DNA of 50,282 nt from the IMG/VR virus record IMGVR_UViG_3300033485_000020, positions 1-50,282 of that record, one strand, 5' to 3'. Positions 37,535-46,660 of this stretch are shown piece by piece. This stretch comes from a virus. Taxonomy: Duplodnaviria; Caudoviricetes. How positions within the stretch are numbered: position 1 is the stretch's first letter; every line of letters starts with the position of its first letter. Position numbers and translations under genes: made by a program. The notes beneath the pieces were generated by a model that saw only the letters and a list, made by a program, of their open reading frames with translations, made no database searches and was not told the DNA's origin.

Positions 37535-37845
37535 CAGATAGCTCCCATGTCGATGAGGAGTCCTTTGATTAGGTAAGTATAGTTACGAATGTCCCTGAGC
37601 TTCTCGTCCCACTGTTCGATAGGATATTTGATAGGATTCTTAGCCATATCTGAGACAGAGACGAAATGCTTAGTTAGCATTCCCATAGCTGCTTCGACAG
37701 AATTTATACTGCGCAGACCAGCCGCTTGTTTGAAGTTGAGAAGTCGATCTTCTTTGCCAGCATACTCGGTTGCTTTTCGAGATAGAATACTGCATGATTC
37801 CTCATGCTCTGTTAATACTAATTGTTCAAAGTCTTCCTTTGTCAT
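37534..37845 (-). CDS. Alpha-helical DUF1599/Nmad1-like protein
   Basis: ILSRKATEYA...NF...K...EKLRDIRNY pattern. Confidence 0.55.
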   Translation of the reverse strand: MTKEDFEQLVLTEHEESCSILSRKATEYAGKEDRLLNFKQAAGLRSINSVEAAMGMLTKHFVSVSDMAKNPIKYPIEQWDEKLRDIRNYTYLIKGLLIDMGAI

Positions 37846-37856
37846 AGTTTTTCTCC

Positions 37857-37881
37857 AGTTAAATTTATTTTAAATCCATCT
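37857..37881. promoter_or_regulatory. 25-bp quasi-palindromic site, copy 9
   Basis: agttaaATTTATTTTAAATccatct; overlaps the sqdB stop codon. Confidence 0.85.
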
Positions 37882-39045
37882 TGTTTTAGGCATTATTGAG
37901 TCAGTGATGATACGGTCTTTGAATTGGCGAAGCTTAGGCATTAAGAGAGTTATCTCTTTCTGAATGTCTGTAGTTGGTTCATAGCCCAAGTTGAATAACT
38001 TCTGATGAGTTGGATTATAGTAGTGAGATTCGGCCTCTTTGCGGGGATTATCTATATTCTCAACTACTGGATATTCATGAAACTCATTGGCAACGCTAGC
38101 TACCATAAAGGCAAGCTCTCTTACTGTATGGAGACTCTCGAATTGATTAAGAGTTCTATACTCGCCGAGAAGTGGAGGATTATCTATTGCAATAGTCAAG
38201 CATTGAATGGAGTCCTTAAGCGGTAACAGTCCACGAGTCTGTCCACCTGAACCATAGATTGTAAGTGGCATACCTATTAAGGCCTGCACACAGAAACGAT
38301 TAAGGACTGTGCCAAAATACTCATCGTAGTCAAAGCGAGTTAGTTCGTAACTATTAGAGTAATCATTTAGTCCAAACACAATACCTTGCATTATATCAGT
38401 AGAGCGAAGTCCCCAGTTGCGACAAGCAAACTCGATGTTGTGAGTGTCGTGGACTTTGGAGAGGTGATAGAAGGAACCAGCTGTGCGAGGGAATAGTAAG
38501 CCTCCCATAGGACATCTATCATCTCCAGTCTCATCTCTATTTCCTTCTAAACATCCTTCAGGAATCCTCCCTTCAGGTATATCACATCCAGGTGTCCCAT
38601 ACTCTCCCATAGTTCCAAGTTTAATTAAATGAGCTTCTGGACAGGCAATCTTCATTCCCCAAAGAAGGTTAAGTGTACCTATTACGTTATCCATCTGAGT
38701 TCTAGCTGCTGTTGTATTACTCTGCATTGACCAAGGCGCGGAGGGTTGTTCTGCAAGGTGGACTATTGTATCTGGTTTGAAGTCATAAAGGATTCCAGCG
38801 AGTGCTGTAGAGGAGATTGAAATGTCTATGTTACGAATTGCCTTGAAGTTCTTAAAATAGTTCATCATATACATAGTGCGATCTGCCACACTTGCTATCG
38901 GAGTCAGCGAATCACTTCCTACATCAGCTACTCTATCCCTTCTTATTCTATTGTCCACTCCGAATACCTCAGTTCCACGTTTTAGTAAGTGGAGGGCTAA
39001 GGAGTAACCTATGTAGCCATCTATACCAAGTATTAAGACTTTCAT
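37870..39045 (-). CDS. sqdB: UDP-sulfoquinovose synthase (SqdB/SQD1/Agl3 family SDR)
   Basis: GIDGYIG, SLTPIAS, HLAEQPSAP, KLGTMGEYG, GSFYHLSKVHD, RFDYD..FGTVLNRFCVQA, YGSGGQTRG, NPRKEAESHYY. Confidence 0.9.
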   Translation of the reverse strand: MKVLILGIDGYIGYSLALHLLKRGTEVFGVDNRIRRDRVADVGSDSLTPIASVADRTMYMMNYFKNFKAIRNIDISISSTALAGILYDFKPDTIVHLAEQPSAPWSMQSNTTAARTQMDNVIGTLNLLWGMKIACPEAHLIKLGTMGEYGTPGCDIPEGRIPEGCLEGNRDETGDDRCPMGGLLFPRTAGSFYHLSKVHDTHNIEFACRNWGLRSTDIMQGIVFGLNDYSNSYELTRFDYDEYFGTVLNRFCVQALIGMPLTIYGSGGQTRGLLPLKDSIQCLTIAIDNPPLLGEYRTLNQFESLHTVRELAFMVASVANEFHEYPVVENIDNPRKEAESHYYNPTHQKLFNLGYEPTTDIQKEITLLMPKLRQFKDRIITDSIMPKTRWI

Positions 39046-39057
39046 CTGCGCCTCCCA

Positions 39058-39082
39058 AGTTAGATTTATTTTAAATTCATCT
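39058..39082. promoter_or_regulatory. 25-bp quasi-palindromic site, copy 10
   Basis: agttagATTTATTTTAAATtcatct; just upstream of the sqdB RBS. Confidence 0.85.
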
Positions 39083-39169
39083 GGGCTGGTGAGTGTTTGT
39101 CGTCCCTGGAACGACTACCACTGGGTATCACTCATGCTCCACTTACTCCTGCCAGTTCAGGACCCAGAT
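39079..39169 (-). ncRNA. Candidate multi-stem structured RNA in the sqdB leader
   Basis: Five nested complementary pairs (top strand): atctggg/cccagat, ctgg/ccag, tgagtg/cactca, gtcgt/acgac, tacc/ggta. Confidence 0.45.
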
Positions 39170-39174
39170 AAGGG

Positions 39175-39642
39175 TTAGTAATCAGTGCCTTTGGTAGCAG
39201 CTGGAGCGCCCTGAGGCCCAATGACGAACTTGGAAACGGTGTTCTTGTCTCCATACTGATCATCACTTTGCACTCCAACTATGATCCACCCTATCTTCCC
39301 AGGCAGATCATCTTCCCATGAGAAAGGCTTCGAGAGGTCAATCTTAAAGCACTTGGTGAAGCGATTGAATTGATCCTTGGAACGAGCTACTTTCTTCGGA
39401 TCGGCTATGTTGTTGTATGTGAGAGGATCCCACATGAAGGTGTTAAACTCCTTCACGTAAGGATCATCTGGGCAGTCAAAGGTAGGCATGAACCAGCGTG
39501 CTCCCTGACTTCCATCCTTGTCACTAATGCCTGAGTTGACTGAGACAATGCGAACTTTTGTCTCAGCTCCTCTCGGCAGAGTTTTCATCTCAGGAGTGCT
39601 GCGAATCTCCTGTTCCATTGAACTATAATCTGAAAGACCCAT
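39175..39642 (-). CDS. Putative single-stranded DNA-binding protein (DUF669-like)
   Basis: OB-fold-like pattern (LPRG...VRIV, YGDKNTVSKF); follows the AAA ATPase and nuclease. Confidence 0.6.
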   Translation of the reverse strand: MGLSDYSSMEQEIRSTPEMKTLPRGAETKVRIVSVNSGISDKDGSQGARWFMPTFDCPDDPYVKEFNTFMWDPLTYNNIADPKKVARSKDQFNRFTKCFKIDLSKPFSWEDDLPGKIGWIIVGVQSDDQYGDKNTVSKFVIGPQGAPAATKGTDY

Positions 39643-39687
39643 TTGAATCTCCTTTGTAGTTTAGGTTAGTTGTGACAGCTTTTGCAT

Positions 39688-40509
39688 CTATAATTCGAGC
39701 TTAGGTTTATCCTCATCGGAAAGCCCGATCTTCCGAAGAAGTGCTTTGATGTCAGCTGGTTCAACTGCATCAAGTTTATTGTTAGCCTTTAGACGTGAAC
39801 GAGCCATGTACTTACCTTGGGCCTCAATGAGGAGCTGACGCTCCAATCCATTAGGTCCGTCGGAAGTAGTGAGTACATAGATTTCGTCGAACAGCAGTGG
39901 AATAGTGACTATTGCTTGACCAGTAGTGAGGAAGCGATATTCGACTTTGGACTTAGTTATTCCAGTCTTTGTGTCGATAGTAAGAACTTCCTCATTCATG
40001 CGTAAGTGGCCAGTCAAGATGAAGTCACAAGGGAGACGCATTAGTTTTTTAATATAGTTCACCATGAAAACTTTCTGTGGATTATAGTCATGGCGATGCT
40101 GAGGAACTGACGCAGGACGACCAGCAGATTTGAGTTGATAGTTCATTACTGTATCACCCCAAGTTGTTGCGCTGTCCAGGACGTAGGTGCCGAAGTTATC
40201 GAAGTAGTTTATTTCAAATCTTAAGTCGATAGCTTTCATCCAGCGAGCAAATTTATCTGGATTGAATGGATCGTCAGCTTCCCACTGTGTATCTGCGATA
40301 ATGTCCCCTTTATCGATCCACTCCCGTAGACATTTTGTACCGCCTGGATCAAATGAGTCAATATGGACAGGACGTCTACAGCTTCTTGTGAGGAAAGTTT
40401 TACCCGCACCAACTTCCCCACAGACAAGAGCTGAGAATCTCTTTTGTAGTCTGTCTCCTGAATAATAATCTCTAACTCGTTTAAGTTCGTCTTTATAGTC
40501 ATAGGTCAT
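39688..40509 (-). CDS. AAA_24/Sak4-like recombination ATPase
   Basis: GEVGAGKT, YVLDSAT, ILTGH, FDEIY. Confidence 0.8.
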   Translation of the reverse strand: MTYDYKDELKRVRDYYSGDRLQKRFSALVCGEVGAGKTFLTRSCRRPVHIDSFDPGGTKCLREWIDKGDIIADTQWEADDPFNPDKFARWMKAIDLRFEINYFDNFGTYVLDSATTWGDTVMNYQLKSAGRPASVPQHRHDYNPQKVFMVNYIKKLMRLPCDFILTGHLRMNEEVLTIDTKTGITKSKVEYRFLTTGQAIVTIPLLFDEIYVLTTSDGPNGLERQLLIEAQGKYMARSRLKANNKLDAVEPADIKALLRKIGLSDEDKPKLEL

Positions 40510-41507
40510 CTCGGAAACTCCAAGTTCATTTTATTAGTAGTTTTCATTTCACTTGGATTCCAGAACTCTTGCTTGAATCCAATAGGAGGTTCGTAGCAGT
40601 GTTGGAGAGGATTAGACCAACTTAGACAATAGTCGTGGTAAGGACATCCTCGGTAAGCTGTGCAAGACTTAGGATTCATTTGAAAAGCTTGCATTATGTT
40701 ATCTTCTTCCTTACAGTGGTACATACGATCTATTTCCCGATCCAAGTCGTCGAGAATGTCGAGGATATTCCAGAGCCAAACATTCATCTGCTCTGGAGTC
40801 TTAAATGCAGGTACTCGTTGAAGCTCTGCATAGTAACCAGCTGGACGACTCTTGGAGCCACGAGTAAGGAATTCAAATCCAGTGCCACAGAACTCCACGC
40901 CGAGGACTTGCTCGATAGGAAATAGACAATATAAGCAGTGAGTGTAAGTACCATTCTGGAGTGAGAGGTGAAATTGCTCAGTCCATGAGCGGTGATTGAT
41001 GTACTTTGAGGACGTAGTCTTATGATCCCATGAGAAGATTTTATCATCTTCATTTCGCTGCATGATAGAGTCCATTCGGTAGTAGAGGACTCTATGTTCG
41101 TCAACAGGGACAGTCCCAGAGATCTCCGTCATCTTACGTCCTCCATGTTCATAGACATGATTTTCGTAGAGATCCATAGAACGCTCCTCGGAGAACTTCA
41201 TGAGGGCTCTGAGGACTGCAGCAGGAGTCTTGGGATTATAGATTGAGTCGGTGGAAGGATCAAACTGGAGTCGATAGTGTTGGATGAACTTATCGTAAGC
41301 TCCAGGAATGTCGTGATAGCCGTGGATTAGTTGATGTTCACGAGCTCTGTGCCAACACTCTCCGAAGTATAAGTCGTGAGCAGGTGCATCGCTGCGCCAT
41401 CCGAGAATGTGAGCGTAGAAGAACTTCCTATGGCAAGCGATGAAGTCATCGAGCTTGGATGAGTCACGGATTAGCCAGGTAGGGTGGGACTGAATTGGGA
41501 AGGTCAT
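40506..41507 (-). CDS. PD-(D/E)xK exonuclease (Cas4/RecB-like)
   Basis: C...FG..WH, E...RMD...WDHKT, Q...Y, and C-terminal C....C....C. Confidence 0.85.
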   Translation of the reverse strand: MTFPIQSHPTWLIRDSSKLDDFIACHRKFFYAHILGWRSDAPAHDLYFGECWHRAREHQLIHGYHDIPGAYDKFIQHYRLQFDPSTDSIYNPKTPAAVLRALMKFSEERSMDLYENHVYEHGGRKMTEISGTVPVDEHRVLYYRMDSIMQRNEDDKIFSWDHKTTSSKYINHRSWTEQFHLSLQNGTYTHCLYCLFPIEQVLGVEFCGTGFEFLTRGSKSRPAGYYAELQRVPAFKTPEQMNVWLWNILDILDDLDREIDRMYHCKEEDNIMQAFQMNPKSCTAYRGCPYHDYCLSWSNPLQHCYEPPIGFKQEFWNPSEMKTTNKMNLEFPR

Positions 41508-41513
41508 TAGCTT

Positions 41514-41696
41514 TTACTTTCCTCTCATTAAATGCTGATCGAGAAGTTCTTGAGTGAGTCGAAGGATGCGGCTGTTGAGTTCATCTATTTTTAATGCTAC
41601 TATATTCAATGAGCCAGGTTCTTTAGGGTCAACTGGCACTACTTCCTTTCTTAGCGCATCCCTTCTCCAATTTCGTAGAGTTCTTTCAGTTATCAT
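41514..41696 (-). CDS. Hypothetical protein
   Basis: AAAGGAG RBS directly downstream of a strong promoter. Confidence 0.6.
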   Translation of the reverse strand: MITERTLRNWRRDALRKEVVPVDPKEPGSLNIVALKIDELNSRILRLTQELLDQHLMRGK

Positions 41697-41720
41697 TTCG
41701 TCTCCTTTCATTATTTCATC

Positions 41721-41749
41721 ATTGTAACACAACTACACCTAATTGTCAA
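41721..41749 (-). promoter_or_regulatory. Sigma70-type promoter for the replication/recombination block
   Basis: TTGACA-17 bp-TACAAT on the minus strand. Confidence 0.85.
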
Positions 41750-41762
41750 CAAGAACATGGAT

Positions 41763-42053
41763 TTATAGAACATGGTTCCTTTCAATATATCTCCCATCCT
41801 TAAACAGTAACAAATTAAGTCTCCCATGCTTCTTTGCAAAGATAGCACAGGCAATCGAGTTCATTACATTTAAACTACAAGGTACAATTAAGTCTTCCTC
41901 ATGAGAGTCTGTCATTCTCTCATGGAAGATCCTAATCATGTTATTTGTAGCGTACCGATTCATAGAACCTTCGCTTAGAAAAATTATCTTACCATATTGC
42001 TCAGCGGCGCTAAAATCATGAGGTGAGTGGTTGACTATGAATACCTTTCGCAT
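41763..42053 (-). CDS. Conserved phage hypothetical protein
   Basis: VFIVN...HDFSAAEQYG pattern of a kind seen in phage early regions. Confidence 0.6.
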   Translation of the reverse strand: MRKVFIVNHSPHDFSAAEQYGKIIFLSEGSMNRYATNNMIRIFHERMTDSHEEDLIVPCSLNVMNSIACAIFAKKHGRLNLLLFKDGRYIERNHVL

Positions 42054-42065
42054 AAAGTCTCCAGG

Positions 42066-42404
42066 TTATTCTGTTTGTCGTTTAAGGGCTTCGAGTAAGT
42101 TAGTTGGCGCTGAGGATACTATGTCAGAGCGAACATCCTTATCGTCACGCTTGTCTCTTAATCCAGTTTCATTTAAATTAAATGGCACTGGTGGAGGTTG
42201 TAGTTCGTCAAGGTGATTGGCGAACTTAGTGGTCTCAGTCTTTTTGATAAAAGTTGGAGTGGCCACTGGAGTTAAATCAGGAGGGATGAATTCCTCAGCG
42301 CAAGTATGCTGCTCAATGAGATCGAGAACACAGCCGAATTTAGGCATAGCCTTACGAGTGACCAGGAGTCTAGTTCCACAATTAGCACAGAATACAAACT
42401 TCAT
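42066..42404 (-). CDS. Zn-ribbon hypothetical protein
   Basis: CANCG...HTC. Confidence 0.55.
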   Translation of the reverse strand: MKFVFCANCGTRLLVTRKAMPKFGCVLDLIEQHTCAEEFIPPDLTPVATPTFIKKTETTKFANHLDELQPPPVPFNLNETGLRDKRDDKDVRSDIVSSAPTNLLEALKRQTE

Positions 42405-42763
42405 TATTCCTCCTTTTCATCTTCCTCAGAATCGAGTTCGTCAACTTCATCGAAGTTATCGAGTTCATCTAAGGCATGTATCCACACTTGGCACTGTTCC
42501 CAGGGACGAGCAGATGGATCGACGATAGTTACTGTGCAGCAGAGGTCAGGATCAGCTTCGAGTTTAGCTGAGACCTGAGCGCTGAAGGTCTTAGGGACGT
42601 AACCGAGCATTACGTCTCCGAGGAGGATCTTTACAGCATTTGAGTCATATTGGTTAGTTGGCTCTGGAACGAGATTGAGTTCGTCTCCTTCAGAGATGTC
42701 GCTGATTACTTTGTGTAGGTCGTGAAACTTAATACCTGCGATAAAGAATCTTGGTACTTCCAT
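42404..42763 (-). CDS. HIRAN domain protein
   Basis: IAGIKF, L.LVPEPTNQYDSNAVKI, LGYVP; acidic tail. Confidence 0.9.
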   Translation of the reverse strand: MEVPRFFIAGIKFHDLHKVISDISEGDELNLVPEPTNQYDSNAVKILLGDVMLGYVPKTFSAQVSAKLEADPDLCCTVTIVDPSARPWEQCQVWIHALDELDNFDEVDELDSEEDEKEE

Positions 42764-42791
42764 TTTAGTCTCCTTTATTTTGAATGATTAG

Positions 42792-42977
42792 TTACTTCTT
42801 AACACTTTCGTTAGTTTTTGAACCCTCATAGCGTTTATCGCCTTTCCATCCTATAGCATTTAGATATCTGATCATATCTGCGCCACTTACCTCATTAGTG
42901 ATGTAGTAGCGATTTACATAAGAGTTTTGATGCTTATAGTTTATAAGACTCATCCACCAGTTTGTTAGGAATTTCAT
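42792..42977 (-). CDS. Hypothetical protein
   Basis: Coupled small ORF. Confidence 0.45.
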   Translation of the reverse strand: MKFLTNWWMSLINYKHQNSYVNRYYITNEVSGADMIRYLNAIGWKGDKRYEGSKTNESVKK

Positions 42978-43219
42978 TTCTCCCTCGCTCGTTTTGCTAT
43001 GGCTGCGGCTTTAATTGCCTGCTTGATGGCTATGTTTATTCCGAGTTCTCCGCTGGCAATATCGTCCAGTATTAACTCAATCTCCCGCAACAGCCCCATC
43101 AGGCGGTCAATTTCCTGCTGCTGCCAGTCGGTCCAGATGAGGCCACAAGAGGAACACCACCAAGTTTGCATTGTCTCGGGTGGATTTGTTTTATCACTCC
43201 CGCACTTTGGACAGTTCAT
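42974..43219 (-). CDS. Zn-ribbon hypothetical protein
   Basis: MNCPKCG...CSSCG; GGAGG RBS. Confidence 0.6.
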   Translation of the reverse strand: MNCPKCGSDKTNPPETMQTWWCSSCGLIWTDWQQQEIDRLMGLLREIELILDDIASGELGINIAIKQAIKAAAIAKRAREK

Positions 43220-44107
43220 TTGCCCTCCTTCCGACCTTGCCGTAATCCGATGTAGTAAGAAATAAAACACGCAACAAACGTACCTATGGTGTTAATTATC
43301 CAATATTCTAGCGATGGCATTTCTTGACCTCCTCGGCCACGATCTTCCTAATTCTAGTACAGCGATCTTCATGACTGCCTAATATCGGAGGCCACTTGCA
43401 CCAGCAATTAGGGGCACGCGATAGTTCTTTGATAATCTGAATAAGCTCCCACGCTGAGTAATTACGCCTTTTCATCGTCCCCCCCAATCACCGTGTATCA
43501 CTAAAGGCTGTTCCATCGGACGCATTCTGACTTCACGGCATGCCCTATTTTTATCATCGGCCCTTCTTACTACGCCGCATAACTGGCAATACTCCCAAGG
43601 GAACCGATCATTTTTAACCCACAGATGATTACGCTTTTTCATCGTCGGCCTCACCTTTACGTTCAATAGAATCGGCCCACTCGCGCAAGAATGACGCGAT
43701 AATCCGGTTACCTTGCGGATAAAATCTCATTTCCCTCAGCTCGTAGTTTGTTATCTCGCAAGCCCGCACCGGAACGTCTTTGGCTGTTGCGGCTGCTCCT
43801 AGTTTTGTCAGACCAGAACATCGTTCCATGAAGTTCTGGCAGCATTCATTCCATAGCATAATTGCACTTGAATGATTCATCCTCATCCTCCTTGCGTGTT
43901 TTGGGCAGCTCCACGCCGCCCGCGAATTGTCATTTCGCCGTTAGCCCTTTTCTCAGTGAATCACGCTTGATGGTCATCCTGAATCCACACCACTGACACC
44001 ATAACTGCGTATCACCTTCTGGATAGCATGGCGGCGCATAGTGCCAGTGATAGTGATGAGCAAGTTTCATAACAGTCCGATAGATCCATCCCTTAATCAT
44101 TTCGCTG

Positions 44108-44302
44108 TTACCTCCACCTCCACCACCTCATCGCTGCCGTGCCGTGGCAATCGCTTGCCGGAGCCGCGAAGGGAGCGAAATTCTTGCACTCACTTGTCGG
44201 TTGTGTTCGAAATGGATAACCATCACGCCAAGCGTAGTTGAAGCAATGCCTACCATGCACGCCATATAATTGTCTCCAATGAGCACACCGCTCAACTTTC
44301 AT
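44108..44302 (-). CDS. Small Cys-containing hypothetical protein
   Basis: Coupled to the upstream ORF (ATGA overlap). Confidence 0.45.
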   Translation of the reverse strand: MKVERCAHWRQLYGVHGRHCFNYAWRDGYPFRTQPTSECKNFAPFAAPASDCHGTAAMRWWRWR

Positions 44303-44631
44303 TTCCCCTCCAGTAGTACCGACAGCCAGCAGTCGGGCTTATGGCCTGTATTGTTTGGATATTTGAACCTATCACACGCAGGGCAGAATTGATGATCTTC
44401 ATAATCCCGTATACACCACTCCAACTTCCTCAACCCCTCCGTCAGCCTGCCGATCTCGCCCTGCGCCTCGGTGAGTTGCTTCTCAAAATCAGCAATCTGA
44501 AAAATGCGAAGCTCTTGAGCCTCCTCAAGCTGCCGCTGAAGGTCGGAGATTTGGTCGTCTTTCCTATTCTTTCTTGCTGCGTCACATAACTCACAATCAA
44601 TATGTCCCAAGTCAATAGGATCTTCTATCAT
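44299..44631 (-). CDS. Coiled-coil/Zn-finger hypothetical protein
   Basis: CELC, a coiled coil, and CPAC...HKPDCWL. Confidence 0.6.
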   Translation of the reverse strand: MIEDPIDLGHIDCELCDAARKNRKDDQISDLQRQLEEAQELRIFQIADFEKQLTEAQGEIGRLTEGLRKLEWCIRDYEDHQFCPACDRFKYPNNTGHKPDCWLSVLLEGK

Positions 44632-45482
44632 GTCCTCACCTTCACTTCCACAAATACTGGAAACCTTGGTACTCTATTCCCATTAGTTATATGCTGGTAC
44701 TTAACCTTAGCGTCCATGCCAAGAAGTAAGTCTCTCCCTTCCCAGAGTTCTCGTCTGCGCTCGTCTGTGAAGCCAGTGCCAACATTAAATAGATTGCCAT
44801 CACCAGACTTGCAAACCAAAGCGCCGAGGGTATCTTTTGGATTGCCTTCCTTATCATGCTCTTCAACAAAGCCAACGATTTCATAGTCGTCCTCTTTCTT
44901 GGGTTTAAACTTCATTACAAGTGTACTACGTTTCCGCTCATAGTAATTAGAGTTATGGCGAACTATTATGCCTTCATATCCAGCGTCGATTATCTTGTCG
45001 TATGCTTGGAGAACATCTTCTAAGTTTTCACATAGATAAAATGGAGATACTTCAATGCGAGGATTGAGGTTCCTGAGGTTTTCGATTAAGAGAGTTCGTC
45101 GCATCTGAAGTTCATTATTGACTATATCGAAGATGTGGAATTGAATCTTAGGATAGTCTGGATGGAGGTTTACTGAGCGACTAGTAATTGAAGTGATTTG
45201 CTCAAAACTCATTCCGTGGCAATAGAGTTCTCCATCTAATTCACATTTTAACTTCATTGATTGAAGTGCTAAGTTAATGTGAGGTACTGAGCGAATGATA
45301 TTCTCTTCGCTGGAGAGGAGAAGGTAATCGTCTGGGTTTATGCTTGTTTGAAGAGGGATTGCACGACAGCGGATGCCATCATACTTTGGTTGGACTATAT
45401 AAGGAGGCTGCCAGGAAGAGAGGCGCTTTTCCTCAAATGGGTAGCACTTCATTATGTTCTTCCATCGCTGCCACTCAGTCAT
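44628..45482 (-). CDS. lig: ATP-dependent DNA ligase
   Basis: QPKYDGIR, LDGELY, FHIFD, GYEGIIVR, KFK, VGTGF, RFPVF. Confidence 0.95.
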   Translation of the reverse strand: MTEWQRWKNIMKCYPFEEKRLSSWQPPYIVQPKYDGIRCRAIPLQTSINPDDYLLLSSEENIIRSVPHINLALQSMKLKCELDGELYCHGMSFEQITSITSRSVNLHPDYPKIQFHIFDIVNNELQMRRTLLIENLRNLNPRIEVSPFYLCENLEDVLQAYDKIIDAGYEGIIVRHNSNYYERKRSTLVMKFKPKKEDDYEIVGFVEEHDKEGNPKDTLGALVCKSGDGNLFNVGTGFTDERRRELWEGRDLLLGMDAKVKYQHITNGNRVPRFPVFVEVKVRT

Positions 45483-45750
45483 TTTTAGCCTCTTCGTTAG
45501 CAATCCATTTATCTACAACTCCTTGAGATCCCCAGCAACTATGTGGAAGTTCTAGATAACAGAATTTGACTATATCATACATAGCTATAGCATTGTAATC
45601 ATCTGCTATTAGGAATGAACTAAGAAGATCGTTTGAGAGGACTGCTCTTAGAAAGGATCCTGGAGAGACATGATGAGTTACATATCTACTTAAGCCTTTG
45701 TAGGTCAGCTCAGGCATTTCATAACTGCCATGTTCAGTCTCATACTTCAT
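45475..45750 (-). CDS. Conserved phage hypothetical protein
   Basis: PGSFLRAVLSNDL...AD..N...P..CWGS pattern. Confidence 0.65.
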   Translation of the reverse strand: MKYETEHGSYEMPELTYKGLSRYVTHHVSPGSFLRAVLSNDLLSSFLIADDYNAIAMYDIVKFCYLELPHSCWGSQGVVDKWIANEEAKND

Positions 45751-45771
45751 TAGCTTTTTCTCCTATCATTG

Positions 45772-45796
45772 AGTTGAATTTATTTTAAATCTAACT
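45772..45796. promoter_or_regulatory. 25-bp quasi-palindromic site, copy 11
   Basis: agttgaATTTATTTTAAATctaact. Confidence 0.85.
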
Positions 45797-45832
45797 AAAC
45801 AATAGCATCTCATTTCAACATTATTAAGCCAG

Positions 45833-45866
45833 AAAAAGGGCCTCCTGAGACCATCCCAAGAGGCCC
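45833..45866 (-). terminator. Rho-independent terminator
   Basis: Minus strand GGGCCTCTTGGGA-TGG-TCTCAGGAGGCCC-TTTTT, downstream of ORF 45890-46279. Confidence 0.8.
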
Positions 45867-45889
45867 ATTCAAGCTGAAACGGACAGAAA

Positions 45890-46279
45890 CTACTTTTTCG
45901 CCTTGGCCTTCAGTTCCTCGATCATCTTGGCCTGCTCAGCTGGTGTAGCAGAAGCAAACCGAGCGATGTAGGCCTGAACTGGATCAACCACGACACCTTT
46001 CTGAGCAACTCCCATCTTGGCATTACCAAGACGAGCTTGCAGCTGCTCTTGTGTCTCGCCTTTCTTCATTCCAGAGCGCATGTTGCCCTGGAGTGTTACT
46101 GTCCAGTTCGACTCCGCATTTGACTTCACAGCCTCATCACCGAACATCTGGATGCACTCTGCACCAGTAGTTCCCGTGGTAACTTCGATTGTAAAAGGTC
46201 CAACTTGGGCCTGGACTACTTTTCCACTTGCATCTTTCTTCTCAGGCACAGTTGCCTGGACTTTCATCTTCTCACTCAT
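45890..46279 (-). CDS. Hypothetical early protein
   Basis: Has its own promoter (46326-46354), an AAGGAG RBS and a terminator. Confidence 0.7.
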   Translation of the reverse strand: MSEKMKVQATVPEKKDASGKVVQAQVGPFTIEVTTGTTGAECIQMFGDEAVKSNAESNWTVTLQGNMRSGMKKGETQEQLQARLGNAKMGVAQKGVVVDPVQAYIARFASATPAEQAKMIEELKAKAKK

Positions 46280-46325
46280 GAATGATCTCCTTAGTTAAAG
46301 TTTAAACCATTAAACGAATACATTG

Positions 46326-46354
46326 AATATACCACAAGTGCATTGAGTTGTCAA
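46326..46354 (-). promoter_or_regulatory. Sigma70-type promoter
   Basis: TTGACA-17 bp-TATATT with extended -10 TG. Confidence 0.8.
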
Positions 46355-46548
46355 TGCAAAATTTTGTAACATTATAATGAGCGTTGCACCTCCTTCATCA
46401 TTAGTGACTTGAGTTGATTGACTAAGTTCTTTGCCAAAAGTATGGCATTGGAAGTGTCGTTATCGAGATACCTTCCTTCCTTAAGAACATAAGTGAGGAT
46501 CTTTCCTAATTCATCGAGAGTTTGCCACTTATCCATTTGAGGCTCCTC

Positions 46549-46573
46549 AGTTGAATTTATTTTAAATCAAACT
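46549..46573. promoter_or_regulatory. 25-bp quasi-palindromic site, copy 12
   Basis: agttgaATTTATTTTAAATcaaact. Confidence 0.85.
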
Positions 46574-46660
46574 AAACGTCCACTTGAACGCCCAGTAGGT
46601 TTTTCGCATAACTTGTGCTGAAGCAATTTATGCTACCTTGCTGGGCGCTGTAGTCGGCGT

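Noticed and set aside
32077-37845. Z-base (2-aminoadenine) or 7-deazaguanine DNA system
   Set aside because: MazG-like and PolA genes are present, but no PurZ, DatZ, DpdA or Que/FolE homologues were recognised.
40506-41507. Cas4-like nuclease as evidence of a CRISPR system
   Set aside because: There are no other cas genes and no array. It sits in the usual nuclease-AAA-SSB recombination trio.
42767-42791. Possible 16th copy of the palindrome (agtctcCTTTATTTTGAATgattag)
   Set aside because: It has two core mismatches and no right arm, and is partly explained by the HIRAN gene RBS. Not counted.
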